From NCBI GenBank assembly GCA_039815375.1, contig JBCBZJ010000006.1, positions 1 to 64,000 of the forward strand: a stretch of DNA of 64,000 nt, read 5' to 3'. Both the position numbers and the translations under genes were made by a program. Below the pieces are notes generated by a model that searched no databases, was not told the origin of the DNA, and was given only the letters and a program-made list of their open reading frames with translations. Origin of the DNA: Verrucomicrobiota bacterium. GTDB lineage: Bacteria > Verrucomicrobiota > Verrucomicrobiia > Opitutales > Coraliomargaritaceae. This document shows positions 51,731 through 61,041 of the stretch, piece by piece. Every line of letters begins with the position of its first letter. Positions within the stretch are counted from its first letter, which is position 1.

Positions 51731-52726
51731 GGGATACACAAGAATCCGTGTGCCTACTTCAATTGCTGCGAGAAGAGACTCTGCATTCCAATTGGCTAGT
51801 CGGAAGCAGCCACTTGACTCAGTGCGACCTACTAGCTCGGGTTCGGGAGTACCATGGATGCCGTAGCTCGGTAGGTTCAGTCCGATCCAGACGGTCCCGA
51901 CCGGGTTGTTCGGCCCTGGTTGAATGATGAATTTGTCTGTGATGCCTTCTCGCTGAGCTGCTGCACTCAAAATTTTCGGATTAAAGGTGTAATTCGGGTC
52001 CGCTACTCGGACGTCTACTCTAAGTTCCCCGGTAGGACGCTTCTCGACCTTGCGCGCAATACTGACCGGGCAATAGAAGAGAATTTCTCCTGTACGGCTC
52101 AACGCAGTTAGGCTTCGTGCTGAGAGCGTGATTTCTAATTTATCGATGGGTGAATCAATTTTGAAAGGTTTAACCAATGGTGCGAGTATGTGGTCGCCTG
52201 CCTTGAGTTTAGACCAATCGGTTGTTGGATTAAGATTTTTAATATAGTCAGGGTTCGACTGTGTTTTTTCGGCAATCAGTTCGATGATGGAGTGATAGGC
52301 CATACGGCTACGTTCGCCTCTTTCGATCCAGCTCTGTGGTTTCGGGTCGATCGACGCGAGAGAGCTGACTGTAATCTCTATTCTGGCATGAGTCGGGTCG
52401 AGGATACGCAGGATTTCACTCGTCGCTTCGTCAAGGAGGCCTGTGGGCTCTAATCCATTTGCACTTTGGAATGCTCGGAGGGCCTGTCGGCTTTGATGGC
52501 CTTCTACTCCGTCGATTGAGCCTGGAGAAAAGCCTTGTCTCGCGAGCGCGATCTGGAGCTCCGCCGGACCATGGATTTCGCGACCGACGATCTGCGGTTT
52601 ATCGTCGAAGCTTCCACCGAATTCCAGGAATGTATGGGCTGCAACTGCAAGCATGAGTAGGCAGCCGAAAGTGATACTCGTTCGGAAAGCCCGTTCTGTA
52701 TTGCTGAGCTGCTTTTTTCTTGGCAA
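51728..52726 (-). CDS. L,D-transpeptidase with peptidoglycan-binding domain
   Basis: GFSPGSIDG..ALRAFQ; GPNNPVG..YGIHGT..SSGCFRL. Confidence 0.9.
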   Translation of the reverse strand: MPRKKQLSNTERAFRTSITFGCLLMLAVAAHTFLEFGGSFDDKPQIVGREIHGPAELQIALARQGFSPGSIDGVEGHQSRQALRAFQSANGLEPTGLLDEATSEILRILDPTHARIEITVSSLASIDPKPQSWIERGERSRMAYHSIIELIAEKTQSNPDYIKNLNPTTDWSKLKAGDHILAPLVKPFKIDSPIDKLEITLSARSLTALSRTGEILFYCPVSIARKVEKRPTGELRVDVRVADPNYTFNPKILSAAAQREGITDKFIIQPGPNNPVGTVWIGLNLPSYGIHGTPEPELVGRTESSGCFRLANWNAESLLAAIEVGTRILVYP

Positions 52727-52738
52727 AGCTGAGTTGGC

Positions 52739-52948
52739 TTAATCGCTCAAATGCTCAAGTAGTGGAGGCTTTCCGATGAACTTTGTAGAACCTTCGACGT
52801 TTCCGTAAACGCCAATAAACATGCCCCCGCTGAACAACTGCTGAAAGAGTTCCTTTGTCTTTGTAAGCAGTCCTTGAAAAGTGATTTCGCCCTCAATTCT
52901 CTCAATGATGTATCCATACTCGGGAAAGATTGGAATGGAGTAGTTCAT
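52739..52948 (-). CDS. Small hypothetical protein (possible remnant)
   Basis: 69-aa ORF packed between co-oriented genes. Confidence 0.4.
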   Translation of the reverse strand: MNYSIPIFPEYGYIIERIEGEITFQGLLTKTKELFQQLFSGGMFIGVYGNVEGSTKFIGKPPLLEHLSD

Positions 52949-52957
52949 GGAATGTCT

Positions 52958-54325
52958 TCAACTCAAACAAAGATCATAGATCTCGCCGGGTTCAGGGTCA
53001 ATCACGGTTGTTTTCGTATGCCATTCTGATATTTGCTTCTTAAACCATTGTCGCGCATCCGTGTCACCATGGGTCAGGATAATCGTGCCAGCATCGCTGC
53101 CCTCGGCATATTTCAGGAGTTCCTCACGGTCGGCATGACCGCTTAGATCAAACTGTTCAATTTCAGCACGTATCGGAGCATTATAATCAAGTGCATCAAA
53201 GAAAAATCTACCTTCCTCGCGGCTGGCCAGGAGTTGTCCGCCAGGCGTGTCGGGATCGCAATATCCAACGAAACAAACGCCGTTGTTAGAGTGGGGCAAT
53301 AAAGAAGCAGCTATCTTATACGATGGGGTGTGTTCGACCATCATGCCACTACTGACAAGATAGATGCCTTTTTTGGCTAAGTCGCGTCCGGGGCGCATCG
53401 TCGGCTCTGGAGGACGGACCCGCATTTCCTCGAGCATGTTGATATCAAAGTCGATCAGCTGTGTGCGGTGTCTGATTTTATCGAAGTGATTGCAGAGATC
53501 CATGCCCAGGCCTGCGGCGTAGATCGGGCATTTGGGTAAGCGGCCTAAATTTCGGGCCTCGTAGATAATTTTGAAGAGCTCCTGCATGCGTCCGAGAGCA
53601 AAGACCGGGATCAGGCAGCTCCCACCTTGGCCGATGATGGAACTGATGCGATCAATCATCCGGTCAACTTCTGACGCGCGGCTTCTGCCGGAGGTCCGAC
53701 CTTTGGCACCTCGAGTTGTTTCCATGATCAGCGTATCGATCTTACCCTTTGGTAGGTGAGCGCCGGGCAAAGTGCGTTGTGCATCAAATAGCACATCACC
53801 TGTAAATACAATGCGTCGGTGTTTATAGATCAATTCAACCGCTGCTGCCCCGGCAACATGTCCGGCAGGATGAAGAATAACTTCGATTTGATCTTCTTCC
53901 TTTAGGTAGATCTCACCGCGCTCGAAACGTTGAACGGTCAGTTGTTTGCTGGTCTGCGCAACATCGCGGTGGAGGAAGAGGGGGTAATCGCGGATTTCGT
54001 GCTCTTCGCGCTGACGTTTCATCACATTGATCGAGTTACGTAGCATGCGTGGAGCTAGCCTTTGGTTTGGTGCAGTCGTGATGACGGGCGTTTCCGGATT
54101 ATGGGCCGTGACAATCGGAAGAGAGCCAAGATGGTCGAGATGGCAGTGCGTGAGAATAATCAGGTCGAGGTCAATGTCCTCGATCGGCTCAAAATCAGGT
54201 AGGGCGTCGTAGCCTAATTTTTTTGGGTGCAGACCGCAATCAACAAGAATGTTGAAAGGACCAATCTGCACGAAGATCGAGTTGGCGCCGATTTCGCCAT
54301 GCCGGTTCAGATCAATCAGCTTCAT
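52958..54325 (-). CDS. MBL-fold beta-CASP ribonuclease
   Basis: THCHLDHLG, AGHVAG, PVFALGRMQE and LSGHAD motifs. Confidence 0.9.
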   Translation of the reverse strand: MKLIDLNRHGEIGANSIFVQIGPFNILVDCGLHPKKLGYDALPDFEPIEDIDLDLIILTHCHLDHLGSLPIVTAHNPETPVITTAPNQRLAPRMLRNSINVMKRQREEHEIRDYPLFLHRDVAQTSKQLTVQRFERGEIYLKEEDQIEVILHPAGHVAGAAAVELIYKHRRIVFTGDVLFDAQRTLPGAHLPKGKIDTLIMETTRGAKGRTSGRSRASEVDRMIDRISSIIGQGGSCLIPVFALGRMQELFKIIYEARNLGRLPKCPIYAAGLGMDLCNHFDKIRHRTQLIDFDINMLEEMRVRPPEPTMRPGRDLAKKGIYLVSSGMMVEHTPSYKIAASLLPHSNNGVCFVGYCDPDTPGGQLLASREEGRFFFDALDYNAPIRAEIEQFDLSGHADREELLKYAEGSDAGTIILTHGDTDARQWFKKQISEWHTKTTVIDPEPGEIYDLCLS

Positions 54326-54819
54326 ACCGACCACTCACTTTCGGCTTCGGTTGAGCATTGCATCGTGATTGTTGAGATTTCGAGGTGAACCCGTTTTTCG
54401 CTGCGGCCTATACTGTGAAATGATTGATCTGATATACGGTTACGTTTTGTCATACGATAGCTATAGCAGCTGAATACCTCTTTGTATCTAGGTTCTGCTT
54501 CCTTCCCCGCGATGCTGTTTCCTTGGATGATCGATGATGACTGCTAGCTTCTTTTAAGACCGATGAGCGGTCTATTGGGGTGATTGTATTGTACATGTGA
54601 GGGCTCTGAAATGGTGATAAAGTAAATGAATGCACATAGAGTCGCCGGGTAGATGATCGGTAGTGCACAAAGAGACCAGACGGTCGGCTTTGGCTCGCAG
54701 GCCTTGAATCTCGTTTCTTTCTTTTTTCAATTTAAAGAGGGACTATGAGCTTCAAGAAGCTTTGGGAAACCATAAAATAATCGCCAGCGTCCAGCTCCTT
54801 CCGGATAGTATCGAATGTT

Positions 54820-55755
54820 ATGAGACAAAGCACTGAGGGCATACGTGTCACATGGATCGGCTTGGTTTTAAACCTGCTTTTGGGAGTAGCAAAATGCTTT
54901 ACAGGTTTGTGGTTCGGGTCGACTGCCTTGGTTGCTGATGGAATGCATAGTTTACTCGATTTGCTAACCGATGGTGCGGTGCTCTTCGGCCTCTACATGT
55001 CCAATAAGCCGGAGGATGAAAGTCATCTCTACGGCCACCATAAGTTTGCAAGTTTTGCCAAGTTTGGTGTTGGCGGTTGCCTGTTGGTTTTCTCGATTCT
55101 GTTGGTAGTTAGTGCTTTAATGGATTTTAGAGCAGGCCGCGTTGAATGGATCGCCGCCCCCGCTGTCCTGATTGCGATCGTGGGATTGGTGTTAAAAGAA
55201 ACACTGTTCTGGTGGACCCGATCTGTAGCCAAGCGCCTCCGTTCCGACCTCCTCCTGGCAAATGCACTCCATCACCGCATGGACAGCCTTTCTTCGCTGG
55301 CTGTTGCTCTCGCTCTTGGAGCTTTCTGGATCGGAGGGCCGAGCTGGGCTTTCCTCGACGATGCGGCGACTCTGGTTCTCGGTAGCTATCTGATCTTTGA
55401 GTCCTATAAAGTCCTGCGTCGCGGCATTGACGACCTTTTGGATGCGGCTCCTGCGAGAGAGATCATTGAGGATTTTCGTGAGCACATCTTACCTGTTGCC
55501 GGAGTGGAGGCCTATCATGATTTGCGGACCCGTCGAATCGGAGATTTTTTCGAGATCGATTTGCACCTGCAGGTCGATCCTGCGCTTACAGTAGAGCACG
55601 GCCATTCCATTGCCAGGGAAGTCAAGCAAGCACTCCAGGCAAAGCATCCGGAGATCTCCAAGGTTTTGATTCACGTGGAGCCGGCCACGAAGAGCCACAT
55701 TGTTGAACGCGGTATTTCGGGTGCTGGCGGTAAATCCTCCGGTATTTCCGAATAA
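54820..55755 (+). CDS. Cation diffusion facilitator (FieF-like)
   Basis: ALVADGMHSLLD, HLYGH, HHRMD and IHVEP motifs. Confidence 0.92.
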   Translation: MRQSTEGIRVTWIGLVLNLLLGVAKCFTGLWFGSTALVADGMHSLLDLLTDGAVLFGLYMSNKPEDESHLYGHHKFASFAKFGVGGCLLVFSILLVVSALMDFRAGRVEWIAAPAVLIAIVGLVLKETLFWWTRSVAKRLRSDLLLANALHHRMDSLSSLAVALALGAFWIGGPSWAFLDDAATLVLGSYLIFESYKVLRRGIDDLLDAAPAREIIEDFREHILPVAGVEAYHDLRTRRIGDFFEIDLHLQVDPALTVEHGHSIAREVKQALQAKHPEISKVLIHVEPATKSHIVERGISGAGGKSSGISE

Positions 55756-55847
55756 TAGCTTGTCTGGGATAGTTTAACACAATTGAAACAGAGACGTCTT
55801 GCCTCTGACAATCTCACAACGACTTCCGAGGCATATTTGTTTTCTCA

Positions 55848-57761
55848 ATGAGCGACTTTTTGAAGCATGAATGCGGGATTGCACTGATCCGCTTACTTAA
55901 ACCGATATCCTACTATCAGGAGAAATACGGCACGCCCCTTTATGGGTTTAACCAGCTCTTTCTGCTTATGGAAAAGCAGCATAACCGTGGTCAGGACGGC
56001 GCTGGCATTGGCTGTGTTAAAATCAATGTGCCGCCAGGGAAGGCCTACATGGCTCGAGAGCGCACAACCAAGTCGAACTCGCTTTCGCGGATCTTTAAAG
56101 GCCGGATGAAGGATTACCAAAACCTGATAGATTCGGGCACGATCCACCCGGAATTTCCGCAGACGGTGAAGGATAATTTCGATTTCGGTGGCGAAATCCT
56201 TATCGGCCATCTCCGATATGCCACTTCCGGCCTCTACAATCGAGAAAATTGCCACCCTTACGTGCGTGAATCGAACTGGCCGACAAAAAACCTAATGCTG
56301 GCCGGCAACTTCACGATTACGAATGAGAAGGATCTCAACGAAGGTCTGATCAACCGAGGGCAGCACCCGATTTTCGGCACTGATACACAGGCGGTTCTAG
56401 AGCAGATCGGTTTCCATCTGGATGAGGCACATGATGCAATCTACCACCGCATGCGTGATCAAAATATCCCCGGTGCACGTATTCCCAAGATCATAAGTCA
56501 GGAAATCGATCCTGTGCGCATCCTGAAAAATGCAGCATCCGGTTGGGACGGCGGCTACGCGATCGCTGGTTTGATTGGCAACGGCGATACTTTTGTCATG
56601 CGTGACCCGCATGGTATTCGCCCGTGTTTCTATTTTCAGAACGAGGAAGTGATCGCCTTCGCCTCCGAGCGCGTTGCGTTGATGACAATTTTCAATCAGC
56701 CGATCGAAAATGTCTGTGAGCTTGAGCCTGGCTCAGCGACTGTTGTAAAAAGCGACGGCACGATCTACTGCGAACGATTCACGAAACGCCGTGAGGTCAA
56801 GCCATGCTCTTTCGAGCGGATCTACTTCTCACGCGGGAACGACGCGGATATCTACCGAGAGCGCAAAGCACTGGGTGGCGCACTTCTCGACCAAGTGGTG
56901 AAGGCGACCGATAATAACTTTGCCGACAGTGTTTTCAGCTTCGTGCCCAACACCGCTGAGGTGGCCTATCACGGCTTACTCGAGTCCGTCCGCGTCCATC
57001 GCAGGAAAGAGGTCAAGGCGTCGATCTTGAAGGCCAAGGAAGACGACACGCTGGATGAAGCGCTTCTGGATAAGCTTATCATGGGCAACTGGCCGCGAGG
57101 GGAGAAGATTGCTCACAAAGATATCAAACTACGGACTTTCATTTCGCAGGAATCTGGTCGCGCGCAGTTGGTCTCCCACGTCTACGATATTACCTACGGG
57201 GTGGTTAAGGAAAAGGACTGCCTGGTCTGTATCGACGATTCGATCGTTCGCGGCACAACGCTTAAGGAGTCGATTCTCAACATCCTGAGCCGCACCAATC
57301 CCCGAAAAATTGTGGTCGCGTCCACTGCGCCGCAGATTCGCTACCCGGACTGCTATGGCATTGATATGTCTGAGCTGGGGAAGTTTATTGCTTTTAAGGC
57401 GACGATTGAGCTGATCAAAGAAGATGGTAGCACAGATCTTCTGCAGGACGTTTATCAGGATTGTGTTGCTCAGGCTGGATTACCCTCAGATCAGATGGTG
57501 AACCATGTGAAGCGACTCTACGATCGTTACACTGACGAACAGATTTCAAGAAAGATCGCTGAACTGGTTTACCCGAAGCGTGTTCCCTGGAAAGGCGAAC
57601 TCGAGATTGTCTTCCTCACCGTCGAAAAAATGAAGGAAGCGATCCCGCATCATAACGGGGATTGGTATTTTACGGGCGATTACCCAACTCCCGGTGGCAC
57701 AGCTGTCTTGAACCGTGCATACATCAACTACTACGAGAACAGAGTAGGGCGCTCTTACTAG
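55848..57761 (+). CDS. purF: Amidophosphoribosyltransferase
   Basis: HECG N-terminal nucleophile, QHNRGQDG, CSFERIYFSR and DDSIVRGTT. Confidence 0.93.
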   Translation: MSDFLKHECGIALIRLLKPISYYQEKYGTPLYGFNQLFLLMEKQHNRGQDGAGIGCVKINVPPGKAYMARERTTKSNSLSRIFKGRMKDYQNLIDSGTIHPEFPQTVKDNFDFGGEILIGHLRYATSGLYNRENCHPYVRESNWPTKNLMLAGNFTITNEKDLNEGLINRGQHPIFGTDTQAVLEQIGFHLDEAHDAIYHRMRDQNIPGARIPKIISQEIDPVRILKNAASGWDGGYAIAGLIGNGDTFVMRDPHGIRPCFYFQNEEVIAFASERVALMTIFNQPIENVCELEPGSATVVKSDGTIYCERFTKRREVKPCSFERIYFSRGNDADIYRERKALGGALLDQVVKATDNNFADSVFSFVPNTAEVAYHGLLESVRVHRRKEVKASILKAKEDDTLDEALLDKLIMGNWPRGEKIAHKDIKLRTFISQESGRAQLVSHVYDITYGVVKEKDCLVCIDDSIVRGTTLKESILNILSRTNPRKIVVASTAPQIRYPDCYGIDMSELGKFIAFKATIELIKEDGSTDLLQDVYQDCVAQAGLPSDQMVNHVKRLYDRYTDEQISRKIAELVYPKRVPWKGELEIVFLTVEKMKEAIPHHNGDWYFTGDYPTPGGTAVLNRAYINYYENRVGRSY

Positions 57762-57783
57762 CTCTAGCTATTACTTGTCGGTT

Positions 57784-57891
57784 TCAGGGCATCTTTGTCA
57801 GCATCATATCCATTGCGCAGTTGTCAGTGGCACCTGCAAAAACGAGGCCGGCACCTACGAGAATCGGCACTGCCAGAAAACCGCTGTGGAT
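57784..57891 (-). pseudogene. YgaP/DUF2892 (rhodanese-associated TM domain) fragment
   Basis: Hand translation IHSGFLAVPILVGAGLVFAGATDNCAMDMMLTKMP*N; the stop falls at the usual MPWN Trp and there is no intact 5' part. Confidence 0.65.
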
Positions 57892-58277
57892 AGGATGCCC
57901 AGCTTACCAGCTTGTATATGAGATTGTTCTCATGGCAAAGCCAAGTTCCTATGCCGTGTTGCTGTGGTATTAATACTATAAGTGTGATTATGTTCACTTT
58001 ATTTGAGTTAAGAGAGAAGGTTCCAGATTCGTTCTATTGACGTTATGGCAAGAGGCTCGCTAAGTTGATAGTTAGTGATTCTTGCCCAAAATGAATGCTC
58101 TAAAGCCTTAAAATCGCCTTTGAGACCAATGGTGGGAGCATGGTTGGCGTCTACAATAAATATCCGAAAACGTATGAAATGAAGACCTTCATACTTAAAA
58201 ATAAAAAGACTCCTAAATTACCTGTAAACCCTGACGAACTAAGGGTCTATGGGCGGTTTGGGATCGCATTTTTCTCG

Positions 58278-58319
58278 CAGTTCGTAAGTTTTGGGGTGTG
58301 ACTGATAATACTGTTGGAC
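58278..58319 (+). promoter_or_regulatory. Putative attI-like recombination site and cassette promoter (copy 2)
   Basis: 31/36 identical to 22-57; GTTGGAC (58313) complements R'' GTCCAAC (58751); contains TTCGTA-N17-GATAAT. Confidence 0.65.
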
Positions 58320-58328
58320 GAAGAAAAA

Positions 58329-58821
<493 letters not shown>

Positions 58822-58832
58822 CGACGAAAGAA

Positions 58833-59405
58833 ATGGATAACCCAGAACTAGTCATAGCTCTTCTAGCAACTTTCACCTCACTGGTTGCTACCGCTATCGC
58901 TTACTCGGCTTATCGGTCTCAGACTGACCCAGACGTAATAGTCTATTTGGAACACGACGAAAAGAGACCTTCGTTAATCCTTCTTGTTATCGAAAATCGA
59001 GGCAGTGGTGTAGCTCATGATGTCCAATTCGAGATACCCGATGATTTCCCTAGCGATCCGATAGGTATAACCGCTACAGGAAAAAAGAGCTTTGAGCGTA
59101 TGACTGAAGGACCACTTATTTCGGGTATCAAATCTTTACCACCAAAAGGGAAAAGAATTCTTAACTGGGGGCAGTATGGTGGAATCTACGATTACATGGG
59201 TGCTTACCACAAAACAATTAAAGTGAGATTTAAGAGAAGGAAGTTGTTTGGTCTGGACGACCAAACTTTTGAAACCGAATCGGACATTGAAGTCATTTCC
59301 TATTCTCGAACCGACGCCAGCAATAGATCAGAAGCAACTCACTTAAAGAAAATCTCAGAGACCCTCGTGGGAATCGAAAAGCAACTGAACAAGATGAACA
59401 AATAG
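58833..59405 (+). CDS. Hypothetical protein with N-terminal TM (cassette)
   Basis: PDVIVYL..LVIENRGSGVAHDV; fills the cassette. Confidence 0.75.
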   Translation: MDNPELVIALLATFTSLVATAIAYSAYRSQTDPDVIVYLEHDEKRPSLILLVIENRGSGVAHDVQFEIPDDFPSDPIGITATGKKSFERMTEGPLISGIKSLPPKGKRILNWGQYGGIYDYMGAYHKTIKVRFKRRKLFGLDDQTFETESDIEVISYSRTDASNRSEATHLKKISETLVGIEKQLNKMNK

Positions 59406-59537
59406 TCGAACCAATCGCTGCTGGCAGTGTCGCTAACGCGCCATCGCCAGAGCTCGACGTTAGGTGAAAAAATAATAACTCCCTAGGACTAAAAAAAGTG
59501 CAAGCATCGAACCCAAAGCATAAGGAATAAGCACACT

Positions 59538-59930
59538 ATGGAAGACGCTCAATTTATCACTTTCTTGTCTGCACTCATTGGTGGAGGAATAGCCGCTATA
59601 GCTTCGATAGTTACTATCATTATCGGGCGTATATTCGACGAACGAAGAGAAAGAAGAAAAATGGTCTTCGACCTCGCTTCCGCTCACTACAAGGGGAGAA
59701 AGGCAGACGCACAAGTCACTGCAAATGGAACAGGACGGCCCCAGTTCGTAGAACCCTTTGAAGATTTCATCGTCTATGCTGATGAAATGTGTAGAATTGT
59801 CGAAGGAAAGACCTTCAAGAGTAAGAGCTTCTTGCGTCGATCCAGAGGAGCTAAGGAGCTTCGAGAGATTATAAGCCGAAACTCCGACAATAAGGACCAA
59901 AATGGCAAGCAAGACATACACAGCCCCTAG
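59538..59930 (+). CDS. Hypothetical protein with N-terminal TM (cassette)
   Basis: ORF co-oriented with the array and ending before R''. Confidence 0.65.
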   Translation: MEDAQFITFLSALIGGGIAAIASIVTIIIGRIFDERRERRKMVFDLASAHYKGRKADAQVTANGTGRPQFVEPFEDFIVYADEMCRIVEGKTFKSKSFLRRSRGAKELREIISRNSDNKDQNGKQDIHSP

Positions 59931-60241
59931 CCCTGAAAAAACGACCTAACCAGTCGAGAGATACAACCTCTTTCGCTGCGCTAATTTTCAAATTATCTAA
60001 ACGTTAGTAAAATGCTTGAAATCGCTGGATTGGGGTAGGTGGCTTTAGTTCTCTCATTCTGTTTTATTCTAACCGAAGCCGTATAAAACTCCAAATAGCC
60101 TAACGCTGGATGGTCCAAAAAGACTACTCTGGCATTAGTTTAAAAGCGATAATCCAAATAAATTTAATGATTTGTAAAAAAGCCTGTTCTTGATCTTGCA
60201 AAGACGTTTCCCGGGATTACGAGCTGAGGTTTTACTCAGAT

Positions 60242-61027
60242 ATGAAATTCTCTACCAGCTATAAACTGATGATACTCGCCTCGACGGTTCTGGTCCATGG
60301 GAGTGCTGAGGAATCTTTAACAACATTCAGTGATGCTGAGGCAGATGCCATTATCGCACAGCAAGTCGCTGCTAAAGCGCAACGGGAAGCCGAGCATCTA
60401 GCCAACACGGTCGCTTTTCAGGTTTTGGAACGGCGTGAGATGAGTATGGGAGATCGAAAGCTGATTGCTTGCCGTATTGCGGACCCAAAGCTTCCGAAAG
60501 AAGAAGTCCTCGCACCTGTAATCAGTTCCGGCTCCGCCCAGGCGCCCCAGTTTACAAACTACATTCCAAAGGAGAGTGTCACGTTAATGCTGTCTGCATC
60601 CGTATATAATAACAGCGTAACGCAGCTCAAATGGAGGCATGAAAATATCGAGTATGAGGTATGGAGCAGCATCGATTGGAATTTCATGCGCAGCGTGCAT
60701 AGCCTGAAAACGGACACGATGGACTACTCCATCGTTCAGGGAGTTGGCGATCTGCCATTGGCGGATAATGAAATCCCGGAGCTACCCGCCTTCACCCCAG
60801 ATCGTGCCGAGTATTTTGTGTTTCTTGAAGAGGGGCAAGAATTGGACGATACCGCATTCGCGGCGATTGATGCTTTGCACCAGCACTACGAGGCCAACGA
60901 GGAAATGCTAAAGACAGTCTACCAGCGAAATGCCGCCCTGGCAGAGGCAAAGAAGCGGCACAAGGCAGCAAACCCCGAAAAGCCCGGGAATGCTGAAATC
61001 TTCTTTTGGAAGTCTGAAACAAACTAA
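60242..61027 (+). CDS. Secreted hypothetical protein
   Basis: Signal peptide; 261 aa; first gene of an apparent operon. Confidence 0.75.
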   Translation: MKFSTSYKLMILASTVLVHGSAEESLTTFSDAEADAIIAQQVAAKAQREAEHLANTVAFQVLERREMSMGDRKLIACRIADPKLPKEEVLAPVISSGSAQAPQFTNYIPKESVTLMLSASVYNNSVTQLKWRHENIEYEVWSSIDWNFMRSVHSLKTDTMDYSIVQGVGDLPLADNEIPELPAFTPDRAEYFVFLEEGQELDDTAFAAIDALHQHYEANEEMLKTVYQRNAALAEAKKRHKAANPEKPGNAEIFFWKSETN

Positions 61028-61041
61028 CCGGCTGCACAGAC

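Noticed and set aside
54450..54668. 72-aa ORF or ncRNA in the long intergenic region
   Set aside because: No recognisable motif, start context or structure that I can support.
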